Positions 8,489-18,508 of a DNA stretch of 64,000 nt are shown here, one piece after another. Both the position numbers and the translations under genes were made by a program. The stretch comes from a bacterium (GTDB taxonomy: Bacteria > RBG-13-61-14 > DATKZS01). The stretch is from the NCBI GenBank assembly GCA_963674965.2, contig CAXXFL010000003.1, forward strand, positions 192,001 to 256,000, in the 5' to 3' direction. The notes under the pieces are model-generated. The model saw only the letters and a program-made list of their open reading frames with translations, made no database searches and was not told the origin of the DNA. Within the stretch, counting starts at the first letter, position 1, and every line of letters begins with the position of its first letter.

Positions 8489-10498
8489 ATGCGTCTTCCA
8501 CTCCGGGCCAGGCTTTTGTTCGTCATCGTCATCGGGGTGTTCGTGCCGATGGCGGTGTGTCTGGTTTTCATGATACGGGCGCACCGGCAAAACCTCGAGT
8601 CGGCCTTCCTGCGCCAGGGCAGGACCTTGGCCAACCAGATAATCGTCACCCGGCGCTGGCTTTCCATGCACGGCGGCGTCTACGTTTTCAAGTCGCCGTC
8701 GGTGAGGCCCAGCCCATACATGGAAAACTCCGAGACCACGACCCGCTCGGGCGATCCCATCAGTCTCAGGTCCCCCTCCCTGGTTTCCCGGGAGCTTTCC
8801 GAGCTTAGCGAGAGGGAGGGTCTTTCCACCTTCCGCATCGTGAGCGACAAGCCCATCAACCCCGCCAACTCTCCCGACGACTGGGAGACGGCGTCTCTCG
8901 CCGCCTTCCGGGAAGGGTCCCCCGAAACCCACGACGCGCCGGCCGAGTCGGACCAGACCTGGTTCAGGTACATGGCCCCCCTCCGGACCGAGGCTTCCTG
9001 CCACAAGTGCCACCAGGAAAGCGGGTATCCCGTGGGCTCGGTCCGGGGCGGCGTGAGCGTGCGCTTCCCGGTGGGCGAAGTCCTGGCCGAGTCCCGGGAC
9101 AAGGAGAAAACCCTGGCCGCGATTATGGCCTTTATCGGTCTGGCCATGATGACGCTGGTGGCCGCCGGGACCAGGAGCGTGGTCTTGAAGCCGCTCTCCG
9201 CGATTTCCCGGGCGGTGGGCGGCGTCTCGGCGGGGGACTTCGAGAGCAACCTGAGAAGAGGGGCCAACGACGAGCTGGGGGACCTGGCCGAGGCGGTAAT
9301 CCGGATGCGGTCCATGGTCCGAGACTACGGCGCGAGGCTGGAAAAGGAGGTCCAGGCCCGAACCGCCGAGCTCGAGTCCCTCAAATCCAGGGCCCAGAAC
9401 GAAAGAGACTTCCTGATCAACCTTTTCGAGAAGATGGCCGACGGCATATGCGTCCTTTCCTCCGACGGCGAGAAAATAGAGTATATAAACCCCAGCCTGC
9501 GACGGACGCTCGGCCGCTCGGGCGACCTCGAGCGCGGAGATTTCCTGAGAGAGGCGGGCCTTACCGAGGCGGGCCTGGCCGGAGGATCGGGGGTCGAGTT
9601 TTTCAGGAGCGAGATCGCCGGGGCGGACGGCTCCCGGTTCTTCGACGTTCTGGCCACCTCCCTGGACGACTCGGACGGCGACTCGGGCAGGCTGCTGGTG
9701 TTCAGGGACATTACGGACAGGAAACGCCTCGAGGAAAAGCTTATCGAGGCTAACCGCGATCTCGAGATCAAGGTCCGGACCCAAACCGACGCCCTCCTCG
9801 AGCAAGAAAAGCTCGCCGCCCTGGGCGAGGTTTCCGCGGGCCTGGCTCACGAGATCAGGAACCCCCTCTCGGCCATCTTGAGCGGCATTGCCCTTATCGA
9901 GTCCAGGCGCCGCACGCCGGAGGAGGAGGACAGGATCATCAAGCTGATCAAAAAGGAGGCGAGGCGCCTCAATTCCTCCCTTACCGACTTTCTCCTCTTC
10001 GCCCGCCCGAGCCGTCCCAAGAAGGTCAGGCTCGACCTGGCCGGCTCGGTCAAGGAAATCGTCCAGCTTATCGAGGACGACGCCGAGATCAAGGGCGGGA
10101 TCGAGATAGTAACGGAGCTCGAGGACCTGCCGCCCGTTCTTTTCGACGCCGACTCTCTTCGCCAGGTTATCTGGAACCTTTCGATCAACGCCATGGAGTC
10201 CATGAACGGGGAAGGACGCCTGATCATACGCTCCCGTGACCCCGGCGGCGGCCGCTGGGTCCTGGAGTTGGAGGACCGGGGCCCGGGGATTCCTCCCGAG
10301 GTGTCCAGGAAAATGTTCGATCCTTTTTTCTCGACCAAGCGCTCGGGCGCCGGCCTTGGTCTGAGCATCGTGAGAAGGATCGTCCATTCCCACGGCGGGG
10401 AAATCACGCACCAAAACCTCGAAAATGGAGGGTCCAGGTTCACCATAACCGCGCCCGTCGAGGCCCCGGACGAGCCGGTGGAGGAAGAGGCTTTATAA
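8489..10498 (+). CDS. Sensor histidine kinase with a periplasmic c-type heme (DUF3365-like) domain, HAMP and PAS
   Basis: Two TM segments; PINPANSPDDWE and CHKCH; H-box LAHEIRNPL; N, G1, F and G2 boxes. Confidence 0.92.
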   Translation: MRLPLRARLLFVIVIGVFVPMAVCLVFMIRAHRQNLESAFLRQGRTLANQIIVTRRWLSMHGGVYVFKSPSVRPSPYMENSETTTRSGDPISLRSPSLVSRELSELSEREGLSTFRIVSDKPINPANSPDDWETASLAAFREGSPETHDAPAESDQTWFRYMAPLRTEASCHKCHQESGYPVGSVRGGVSVRFPVGEVLAESRDKEKTLAAIMAFIGLAMMTLVAAGTRSVVLKPLSAISRAVGGVSAGDFESNLRRGANDELGDLAEAVIRMRSMVRDYGARLEKEVQARTAELESLKSRAQNERDFLINLFEKMADGICVLSSDGEKIEYINPSLRRTLGRSGDLERGDFLREAGLTEAGLAGGSGVEFFRSEIAGADGSRFFDVLATSLDDSDGDSGRLLVFRDITDRKRLEEKLIEANRDLEIKVRTQTDALLEQEKLAALGEVSAGLAHEIRNPLSAILSGIALIESRRRTPEEEDRIIKLIKKEARRLNSSLTDFLLFARPSRPKKVRLDLAGSVKEIVQLIEDDAEIKGGIEIVTELEDLPPVLFDADSLRQVIWNLSINAMESMNGEGRLIIRSRDPGGGRWVLELEDRGPGIPPEVSRKMFDPFFSTKRSGAGLGLSIVRRIVHSHGGEITHQNLENGGSRFTITAPVEAPDEPVEEEAL

Positions 10499-10582
10499 AA
10501 ATGACTCCCGAACGTCGTTCGAGTTGTGGCCAAGACCGGCGCGATAGGCTATTATCTTTAACGCCCTTGAGGAGCGAGATCG

Positions 10583-11938
10583 ATGACGCGTGAAAACATA
10601 CTGCTTGTAGAAGACCAGGAAACCACCCGCGAGTTCGTGAGCATGATTCTCTCCGACGCGGACTATAACGTGGACGTCGCCGTCGACGGGACCGAGGCCA
10701 TCGAGCGCCTTGACGAGAAGGCCTACGACCTCGTGCTTACCGACCTGAAGCTGGGGGACATCTCCGGCATAGACGTGCTGAAAAGGGCCGCGGCCCTTCG
10801 CACCCCCCCCGCGGTCATCATCATTACCGCCCACGGGACCATCGAGAACGCGGTCGAGGCCATCAAGATCGGGGCCTACGATTACCTGACCAAGCCCGTC
10901 AGCTCGGACCAGCTCCTCCACAGCATCGGCCGGGGCATGGAGCACCACCGCCTCAAAACCAGGGTGAAAAAACTCGAGAGCCAGATCGAGCGCGTGTACA
11001 GGTTCGAGAACCTGGTGGCCAAAAGCCCCAAGACCAGGCAGCTTATCGAGACCATCAGCCAGGTGGCGGCCTCGGACGCGACCGTTTTGATCGAGGGCGA
11101 GTCGGGCACGGGCAAGGAACTGGTCGCCCGCGCCATCCACGCCAACTCGATGCGCAACGACCATTCCTTCGTGGCCATCAACTGCGGCGCCATGCCCGAG
11201 ACGTTGCTCGAGAGCGAGCTTTTCGGTTACACCCGGGGCGCCTTCACCGGGGCCAACGACAACCGGAAGGGACTCTTCGAGGAGGCCCACCTTGGCTCGC
11301 TCTTCCTGGACGAGATCAGCGAGACATCGCCCGCCTTCCAGGTCAAGCTCCTTCGCGCCCTCCAGGAGGGAGAAATAAGGCGCGTGGGCGACAACAAGCC
11401 CATCAAGGTCGACGCCAGGATCATCGCGGCCTCCAACCGGGACTTAAGGGCCCTGGTCGAGTCGGACCAGTTCAGAAAGGACCTGTATTACCGGATTAAC
11501 GTTATCCCCATCCGGATACCGCCGCTGCGCGAGAGGAAAGAGGACATTCCGCCACTGGCCGAGTTCTTCATCAACAAGTACGCCAATAAAAAAGGCGGCG
11601 ACCTGCCCGGCATCGACCACGAGACCATCGAGCTGCTCGAGAAACATTCATGGCCGGGAAACGTGCGCGAGCTGGAAAACGTGATCGAGCGGGCCCTGGT
11701 CCTTACCCGGACCGAAACCATATTGCCCAGGGACCTGCCTCCCGAGATTCAGGCGGCCAGCGCCGAGCCCGGCGCCGAGGAGGAGGCCCTGAGCATGAAA
11801 CAGGTCGAGAAGCTTCACATCCTCAAGGTCCTCGATATTACGGGCTGGAATCAGACCGAGGCCTCGAAAATACTCAACATCGGATACAACACCCTGTGGA
11901 GGAAAATGAAGGAGTACTCCATCAAGAAACCGAACTGA
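10583..11938 (+). CDS. Sigma54-dependent response regulator (NtrC/ZraR family)
   Basis: Receiver domain, GESGTGKE, GAFTGA, WPGNVRELEN and a Fis-type HTH. Confidence 0.95.
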   Translation: MTRENILLVEDQETTREFVSMILSDADYNVDVAVDGTEAIERLDEKAYDLVLTDLKLGDISGIDVLKRAAALRTPPAVIIITAHGTIENAVEAIKIGAYDYLTKPVSSDQLLHSIGRGMEHHRLKTRVKKLESQIERVYRFENLVAKSPKTRQLIETISQVAASDATVLIEGESGTGKELVARAIHANSMRNDHSFVAINCGAMPETLLESELFGYTRGAFTGANDNRKGLFEEAHLGSLFLDEISETSPAFQVKLLRALQEGEIRRVGDNKPIKVDARIIAASNRDLRALVESDQFRKDLYYRINVIPIRIPPLRERKEDIPPLAEFFINKYANKKGGDLPGIDHETIELLEKHSWPGNVRELENVIERALVLTRTETILPRDLPPEIQAASAEPGAEEEALSMKQVEKLHILKVLDITGWNQTEASKILNIGYNTLWRKMKEYSIKKPN

Positions 11939-11994
11939 CCGCGTCCCGGCTGCCACGCCAAAGATCGGCCGCCCTCGGAGGCCGACGCCTCGAG

Positions 11995-12906
11995 CTAAAC
12001 CTTCAAGGCCCCCACCAGGTCCCTGACGTCGCTTATGCCCTTTCTTTCCATGTACCTCTCGATACCGCTTATGGCGTTAATCGGGGCCCTGGGGTCGATA
12101 AAGCTGGCCGTGCCTATCTGGACCGCGCTCGCGCCCGCGAGCATGAACTCGACGGCGTCCTCGGCCCCGCATATGCCCCCGATCCCCACGACCGGGATTT
12201 TCACCGCCCCGGCGACCTCGTACACCATGCGCAGGGCCACGGGCTTGATGGCCGGTCCCGAGAGCCCTCCCGTCACGACGCCCAATACCGGCCTCATGCT
12301 CTCGATATCGATGGCCATTCCCTTGATGGTGTTGATAAGGCTCACGGCGTCGGCCCCCGCCTCCTCGACGGCCAGCGCCATTTGTGCCACGTCTCCCACG
12401 TTGGGCGAAAGCTTGACCCAAAGGGGCAAATCCGTCTCCTGCCTGGCCCTGGCCACCAGCTCGGCGGCGGTCTCGGGCGCGCTTCCAAAGGCGATGCCGC
12501 CGGCCTTCACGTTGGGGCAGGATATGTTCAGCTCGAGTCCGTGGACCCCCTCGGCCCGGCTCAGTTTTTCCGCCAGAAGGCAATACTCCTCCGCGGTGTC
12601 ACCGAGGACGTTGACCACCACGGTGGCCCCGCTTTCCCTCAGCCAGGGCAGCTTCCTAGCGACGAAGGCCTCGAGGCCCACGTTCTCGAGGCCGATGGCG
12701 TTGAGCATGCCGCAGGGCGTCTCGGCCATGCGGGGAGGGACGTTGCCCCGCCTGGGCTCGAGGGATATCCCCTTTACCACCACGGCGCCAAGGGCGGAAA
12801 CCGGATAACTCGACGCGAAAACCTCGCCGTAGCCGCAGGTACCCGAGGCCGTGGCCACCGGGTTCTTCATCTTAACGCCGCCCACGTCGATCTTATACGC
12901 GGTCAT
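11995..12906 (-). CDS. pyrD: Dihydroorotate dehydrogenase B, catalytic subunit
   Basis: NPVATASGT, MLNAIGLEN, ELNISCPN, KLSPNV and GGLSGPAIKP motifs. Confidence 0.95.
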   Translation of the reverse strand: MTAYKIDVGGVKMKNPVATASGTCGYGEVFASSYPVSALGAVVVKGISLEPRRGNVPPRMAETPCGMLNAIGLENVGLEAFVARKLPWLRESGATVVVNVLGDTAEEYCLLAEKLSRAEGVHGLELNISCPNVKAGGIAFGSAPETAAELVARARQETDLPLWVKLSPNVGDVAQMALAVEEAGADAVSLINTIKGMAIDIESMRPVLGVVTGGLSGPAIKPVALRMVYEVAGAVKIPVVGIGGICGAEDAVEFMLAGASAVQIGTASFIDPRAPINAISGIERYMERKGISDVRDLVGALKV

Positions 12907-13708
12907 CCAAAGCCTCCCAGTCGATTTCAAGAGCGTCGAAAACCGGGCCGTCCTTGCAGACCCTCAAGTTGCCGCCGGAAGAGCCGGGGATCGAGCAGGT
13001 CATGCAGGCGCCCATGCCGCAGCCCATGCGGGCCTCGAGGCTGACCTGACAGGGAACGCCGCGGGCCTCGGCGATCCGGGCCGTCTTCCTCATCATGGCG
13101 CGGGGACCGCACGCCAGTATGACCGCCTTCCCCATGCCCGGCTTCTCAAGCAGCCTCTCGAGCAGGTCCGTGGTCAGTCCCTTCTCTCCCCGGCAGCCGT
13201 CGTCGGTGCACACGGCCGCGTTGGAAACGGTCTGGGCCACCTCGGGCTCCATCACCAGGCCCCTCTCGTCCCTCGACCCGTAGATGAAGTCCACCAGGGG
13301 CGGGGACTTGAGACGGGAGATATGCCTGGCCGCCGCGTAAAGGGGGACCACGCCAAGACCGCCCGCCACCATGACGTACCTGTCCGGGTAAGGCTCGAGG
13401 CCCCAGCCCGAGCCCAGAGGACCGATCATGTCTATCTCTTGAGGGGGCCTGAGGCGGGAAAGCGCCCTCGTGCCCCTGCCCCGGACCTCGAAGAGAAACT
13501 CGACCCATGGATTGCCCTCCCCGTCCTCGCCGGACTGGAGGAGCGAAAGGGGACGGCGAAGAAGAGGATCAAAGCCCGGTCCCGCGCCCACCATAAAGAA
13601 CCTTCCCGGCTCGATGAGCGTCGAGGGACCGTCCACCTCGAGCTTCAGCCTGTATATGCCGCGCGCCGCCCTGCGGTTCTCAACGACTCGAGCGACCACT
13701 GGATTCAT
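12893..13708 (-). CDS. pyrK: Dihydroorotate dehydrogenase electron transfer subunit
   Basis: LRRPLS, AGGLGVVP, ACGP and MGCGMGACMTC...VCKDGPVF; ATGA overlap with rimI. Confidence 0.93.
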   Translation of the reverse strand: MNPVVARVVENRRAARGIYRLKLEVDGPSTLIEPGRFFMVGAGPGFDPLLRRPLSLLQSGEDGEGNPWVEFLFEVRGRGTRALSRLRPPQEIDMIGPLGSGWGLEPYPDRYVMVAGGLGVVPLYAAARHISRLKSPPLVDFIYGSRDERGLVMEPEVAQTVSNAAVCTDDGCRGEKGLTTDLLERLLEKPGMGKAVILACGPRAMMRKTARIAEARGVPCQVSLEARMGCGMGACMTCSIPGSSGGNLRVCKDGPVFDALEIDWEALDDRV

Positions 13709-14199
13709 CCGTCTTCCTCCAATCTTTTGGCCATGACTATGGCGTCCTCCCCCGTGTCCGCGTAATACTTTTTTCTTACCGCCACCACCGCGAACCCCAG
13801 GCGCCGATAAAACTTTACCCCCGACTCGTTGCCATGCCTGACCTCGAGCCAGACAATGGCGCCGCCCCTCGCGGCCGACTCCACGCCAAGCCGGGACATT
13901 AACAAGGCGCCCACGCCCCGTCTTCGGTATTTCGGTTCCACCGCTATCTTCAAAAGGTGGACCTCGTCCAATACCAGGTACGAGCACGCGTAGCCCGCTA
14001 TTTTACCGTCCTTTTCCGCCACGAGAAAAACCACGTTGTCCTCGCCGAAATAGGGAAGGTACATCGATATGGGCCAGGGAGTGGGAAAAGAGACCTTCTC
14101 GATCCCCAGGATATCGATGAGGTCCTTCTCGCTCGCCCTTCTCGCGACGAATCCCGGGCCCATGACGCGCGCTCTTTTCGTTTTTCCCTCTCCTTGCAT
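13705..14199 (-). CDS. rimI: Ribosomal-protein-alanine N-acetyltransferase
   Basis: IEKVSFPTPW, IAVEPKYRRRGVG, LEVR and RKKYYADTGEDAIVM. Confidence 0.9.
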   Translation of the reverse strand: MQGEGKTKRARVMGPGFVARRASEKDLIDILGIEKVSFPTPWPISMYLPYFGEDNVVFLVAEKDGKIAGYACSYLVLDEVHLLKIAVEPKYRRRGVGALLMSRLGVESAARGGAIVWLEVRHGNESGVKFYRRLGFAVVAVRKKYYADTGEDAIVMAKRLEEDG

Positions 14200-14235
14200 T
14201 TCGCCTTTTCCCGCGGCCGCCTTCTCCCCGCGCGG

Positions 14236-15249
14236 TCAGGCGATCCTGATAACGACCTTGCCCCGATGCCGGCCGGAGGCCATGTACTCCATCGCCTCCC
14301 TGGCCCGGCCGAAGGGAAAGACCTTATCCACCACCGGCCTCATCCCCGAGAGCGCGACGGCCCGGTTCATGTCCTCGAGGACCTTGCGCGGTCCCACGAA
14401 AATTCCCTGCACCGTAATGGCGTTCATCAGGATGAGCCTCACGTTAAGCTCGGAGGACGTCCCGGCCAGCACTCCTATTACGCTGACCCTTCCTCCCATC
14501 CGGCAGGCCTTGAGGGAACGCTCGAGCGTTCCCGCTCCTCCGACCTCGATCACGTGGTCCACGCCCTCGCCGCCGGTCATCTCCCTGACGATGCCGGGCC
14601 AATCGGGGTTTTGCTTGTAGTTGACGGTCTCGTCGGCCCCGAGTTCTCGCGCCCGGTCCAGCTTTTCGTCGCTCGAGGAGGTGGCGATGACCCTGGCGCC
14701 CGCCAGCTTGGCGAACTGGAGGGCGAAGGTCGAGACGCCCCCCGTGCCCAGGGTGAGGACCGCGTCTCCCGGCTTGACGCTTCCCCTGGCGACGAGCGCG
14801 TTCCAGGCGGTCACTCCCGCGCAGGGAAGGCAGGCCGCCTCCTCACAGGAAAGGTGATCGGGTATCCCGGCCACTCCCTCCTGGCCGAGCGTCACGTATT
14901 CCGCCAAGACCCCGTCGAGTGGGCCGCCCAGGGTGGACCGGGCCTCTTCCCGGCTTGGCTCCCCCTTGATCCATCTCTGGAAAAATGAGGTACAGACTCG
15001 GTCGCCCTCTTTCACCCGCGTCACTCCCTCCCCGGTTTTGACTACCTCGCCCGCCCCGTCGGACAGGGGAGTGAGTGGAAGGGGCTGCCTCGGATTGTAT
15101 AGGCCCTTCACGGTCATGAGGTCGCGAAAGTTGAGGGACGCCGCGAGCATTCTGACGACGACCTCGCCCGGCCCCGGCTTCGGCTCGGGGGCCTCGACGA
15201 CGGCCAGGTTGTCCAGCCCGAAGGAGTCGTTAATGACGTATTTCTTCAT
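14236..15249 (-). CDS. NAD(P)-dependent MDR alcohol dehydrogenase family protein
   Basis: SLNFRD, PLSDGAGEV, LPCAGVTAWNAL and GTGGVS. Confidence 0.92.
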   Translation of the reverse strand: MKKYVINDSFGLDNLAVVEAPEPKPGPGEVVVRMLAASLNFRDLMTVKGLYNPRQPLPLTPLSDGAGEVVKTGEGVTRVKEGDRVCTSFFQRWIKGEPSREEARSTLGGPLDGVLAEYVTLGQEGVAGIPDHLSCEEAACLPCAGVTAWNALVARGSVKPGDAVLTLGTGGVSTFALQFAKLAGARVIATSSSDEKLDRARELGADETVNYKQNPDWPGIVREMTGGEGVDHVIEVGGAGTLERSLKACRMGGRVSVIGVLAGTSSELNVRLILMNAITVQGIFVGPRKVLEDMNRAVALSGMRPVVDKVFPFGRAREAMEYMASGRHRGKVVIRIA

Positions 15250-15338
15250 CCAGGGCCTCCTCGCGATCGATTTCTTTCATGGAGCCGATATTACCCTTCA
15301 TCCGGTTTTTCGGCAAGACCGGGATTTTTCAGATAAGA

Positions 15339-15524
15339 AAGCTTCTTGCAAAAGTCCCTTTCTTGGCGGCATAGCCGCTTTGGAGTGCGGTCGCTTGAGA
15401 CCGCTTTCGATGGCCTTGGCTTGACAAGGCCTATTAATACAACGGCTTGCCTCGCGTCAAGCCGCTCGGAAGAAAAGCGGCGTCGAGCCGCCGCACTCCA
15501 AAGCGGGAATTTTGCAAGAGGCTC
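15339..15524 (-). mobile_element. MITE copy 2 (186 bp)
   Basis: Reverse-complement near-copy of 6381-6566; 4-bp duplication AAGA. Confidence 0.85.
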
Positions 15525-15552
15525 AAGAGTCAAAATAATATCGAAAAACAGT

Positions 15553-15580
15553 TTGACATTGAATCGAGTTAATTTATAAT
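15553..15580 (+). promoter_or_regulatory. Sigma70 promoter of the RRM gene
   Basis: TTGACA-N16-TATAAT. Confidence 0.75.
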
Positions 15581-15646
15581 ATTGCCGTTGGTTCGCCTTT
15601 TATTAAGGCGGGTTGGATTTTTTTCAAGGGATCAAAGAGGTTACAG

Positions 15647-15937
15647 ATGAACATTTACGTGGGAAATTTGAGCTACACGTCCACTGAGGACAGCATCCGT
15701 CAGCACTTCGAGCCGTTTGGAGAGGTGGCTTCGGTCAAGATCATCGAGGACCGGGAAACCGGCCGCTCGCGCGGTTTCGGTTTCGTCGAGATGCCCAACG
15801 ACTCCGAAGGCCAGGCCGCCATCGAGGCCTTGGACGGCAAGGACCTTGACGGCCGTCCCATCAGGGTCAATGAGGCTCGTCCGAAAACCGACCGCCGAGG
15901 AGCGGGATCGAGGGGACCTCGCAATCGCGCGTGGTAG
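15647..15937 (+). CDS. RRM-domain RNA-binding protein
   Basis: RNP2 IYVGNL and RNP1 RGFGFVEM. Confidence 0.95.
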   Translation: MNIYVGNLSYTSTEDSIRQHFEPFGEVASVKIIEDRETGRSRGFGFVEMPNDSEGQAAIEALDGKDLDGRPIRVNEARPKTDRRGAGSRGPRNRAW

Positions 15938-16164
15938 CTCCCCAACCTCTTTGTGAGGCCCCAAGGCCCCGAGTTCAGTTTGAGTTCGCCAAGGCCAGCG
16001 TCATCCAGACCAAGCCGTAAAAGTGGAAAAGCCCAAAAGGCCTCCGCTTACCTGCCTTTGGCCGGCAGCCCCCATGAATGTTCGTTTCGATGGTGTGAGG
16101 AAAGACTCGTCTCTAAAGTTTTAGGCCCCGCGCCTTTCGACTTGTTCCAAATATTTGTGCTAGC

Positions 16165-18501
16165 ATGAAGGATATGCCTGAAAAATCGACGATCGCGGCG
16201 CCGGGGAAATGGGGATTGGCCGCGCTGATTTCGGTCCTCGCCGCGGGGATCGTGCTCGGCTACCTCATGGGCAAAGGCTCGGGAAAATCGAAGGCGTTGG
16301 CCAACTTGACGGGCCTTAAGGTCATACTCGTCGGCGTGGACGGGGCCGAGTGGAACATCCTGACCCCGATGATGGAAGCCGGACGCCTGCCCACCTTTTC
16401 GCGCCTGGCCAGGGAGGGCTCGAGCGGCAAGCTTCGCAGCTTAAAGCCCATCCTCAGTCCCATCATCTGGACCAGCATCGCCACGGGCAAGACCCCCGAG
16501 AAGCACGGCATTACCTGGTTCATGGTCAAGGACCCGGAGCATAGCCGGCGCATGCCCGTCCAGTCGACCATGCGAAGGTCCAAGGCCGTCTGGAACGTCC
16601 TTTCCGACAACGGGCTCACGGTGGGCGCCATCGGCTGGTGGGCCAGCTTTCCCGCCGAGAGGGTCAACGGCTTCGTTATCAGCGACTACGTGGCCTATCA
16701 CGCCTTCGGGCTCTCGGGCCAGGACGTTAAAACCAGCCTGGGCAAGACCCATCCCGCGGCGCTCTTCGACCTGGTTTCCTCGCGGCTCATCGATCCCCTG
16801 TCCATAAAGAGGGAAGAAGTCGAGCGCTTCATGCCCCTTACCGACCAGGAATGGGAGTTCAGCGTCAGCCAGCCCTTCGATTTCGGCAACCCCCTGCATC
16901 ACTTCATGTACGCCCTGGCCACGGCCAAGGCCTACCGGTCGGTGAGCCTCGAGCTTTACGGCGACTACGACCCGGCCTGGATGGGCGTGTACTTCGAGCA
17001 GGTGGACAGCCTCAGCCACCTGTTCATGAAATACACCGAGCCCAAAATGGACGGCATGAGCGACGAGTTCTTCGAAAAGTACAAGGACGTGATCGAGAAC
17101 TATTACGTCTACCAGGACGAGATACTGGCCGACTTCGTCAAGGCGGCCGACGAGAACACCATCATCATCGTCTGCAGCGACCACGGCTTCAAGACCGGCG
17201 ACCTCAGGCTGGCCGAGAACGAGGCCACCTCCGTGGCCAAGGCCCACTTGTGGCACGAGATGGACGGCGTGGTCTTCCTGTGGGGAAAGCCCTTCAAGGC
17301 CGGATACGAAATCGAGGGCGCCTCGGTGCTGGACATAACCCCCACCACCCTTTACGCCATGGGCATGCCCGTGGCCCGGGACATGGACGGAAAGCCCCTC
17401 CTCTCAGCGGTAAAGGCGGAGTTCCGCTCGGCCCATCCCGTCGCGTGGATCGAGACCTACGAGTCGGAAACCGAACCGGACGCGGACTACTCGGCGCCCC
17501 AGGACCCGGGCGTTGACGAGGAAGTGGCGGCCAAGCTCGAGGCCCTGGGCTATATCGGGTCCAACGTCAAGGACGACGAGATCAAGGCCAACCTGGTAAA
17601 GCAACTCCTGGATAAAGGAAACTACGCCAAGGCGGGGGAAGAGGTCGAGGCGGTCCTTGCCCGCGACCCGAAAACGCCCTGGGCCAGGGTCCTCAAGGCA
17701 AGGCTTCTCGAGCGCGAAAATAAAAGCCGGGAGGCCGAGGCCATTTTCAGGGAGATGGCCCGCGAGACCGAGGGCCAAATCGAGCCGGCCGACCGCGTCC
17801 ATTACGCGGAGTCCCTCCAGGCCCTGGCCGTTTACAACCATACCCGCGGCGACGCCGAGGAAGCGGCGAAAAACCTTGAAAAGTCGATCGAGCTGTTCCC
17901 TCAGGACCCGGACACGGCCTACAACCTGGGCGTGGTGAGGGAGGGCCAGGAAAATTACGCGGCCGCCATCGAGGCCTACCAGAAGGCGGTGGATTTATCG
18001 CCCTCTCATTTTCTGGCGCTTAACAACCTGGGCAACTGCTACCGCAACGTGGGAGAAATCCAGAAGAGTCTGGCCGTTTACAAGAAATGCATCGAGGCTA
18101 ACCCCAAACATCTCGAGTGCCATTTCAACCTCGGCGTCTATTATATCAATCTCGGCTCGCCCTCGGAGGCGGTGAAGGAGTTGGAGGAGGCCAAAAAGAT
18201 AGACGCGGACCACCTTCAAACCGCCATCGCGCTGACCGAGGCCTACATGCTAAATGGCGAAACGGAAAAGGCCCTGGCCTCGGCCGCCGATCTGTCAGGC
18301 GGCGACCCGGGCAACGTGGGCTACCTTCTCTTGAAAGCCAAGGCCCTCTCGCTGGCGGGGAAAAAAGATGAAGCCGCCGAGGCGATCTCCGAGGCCGGGC
18401 GGCTGGACCCGGAGGGAGTAAAACAAGCCGTGGAAAAGGACCCCGCCCTCTCGAGCCCGGCGACCGCCGGCGGGACTCGCCCGTCCGGCCCCAATAAATA
18501 G
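16165..18501 (+). CDS. Alkaline phosphatase/phosphodiesterase superfamily protein with C-terminal TPRs
   Basis: VGVDGAEW, SPIIWTSIATGK and SDHGF; TPR repeats; N-terminal membrane anchor. Confidence 0.88.
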   Translation: MKDMPEKSTIAAPGKWGLAALISVLAAGIVLGYLMGKGSGKSKALANLTGLKVILVGVDGAEWNILTPMMEAGRLPTFSRLAREGSSGKLRSLKPILSPIIWTSIATGKTPEKHGITWFMVKDPEHSRRMPVQSTMRRSKAVWNVLSDNGLTVGAIGWWASFPAERVNGFVISDYVAYHAFGLSGQDVKTSLGKTHPAALFDLVSSRLIDPLSIKREEVERFMPLTDQEWEFSVSQPFDFGNPLHHFMYALATAKAYRSVSLELYGDYDPAWMGVYFEQVDSLSHLFMKYTEPKMDGMSDEFFEKYKDVIENYYVYQDEILADFVKAADENTIIIVCSDHGFKTGDLRLAENEATSVAKAHLWHEMDGVVFLWGKPFKAGYEIEGASVLDITPTTLYAMGMPVARDMDGKPLLSAVKAEFRSAHPVAWIETYESETEPDADYSAPQDPGVDEEVAAKLEALGYIGSNVKDDEIKANLVKQLLDKGNYAKAGEEVEAVLARDPKTPWARVLKARLLERENKSREAEAIFREMARETEGQIEPADRVHYAESLQALAVYNHTRGDAEEAAKNLEKSIELFPQDPDTAYNLGVVREGQENYAAAIEAYQKAVDLSPSHFLALNNLGNCYRNVGEIQKSLAVYKKCIEANPKHLECHFNLGVYYINLGSPSEAVKELEEAKKIDADHLQTAIALTEAYMLNGETEKALASAADLSGGDPGNVGYLLLKAKALSLAGKKDEAAEAISEAGRLDPEGVKQAVEKDPALSSPATAGGTRPSGPNK

Positions 18502-18508
18502 CCGGTCT

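Noticed and set aside
15938-16164. Possible structured RNA after the RRM gene
   Set aside because: I could not match it to any riboswitch or ncRNA consensus.
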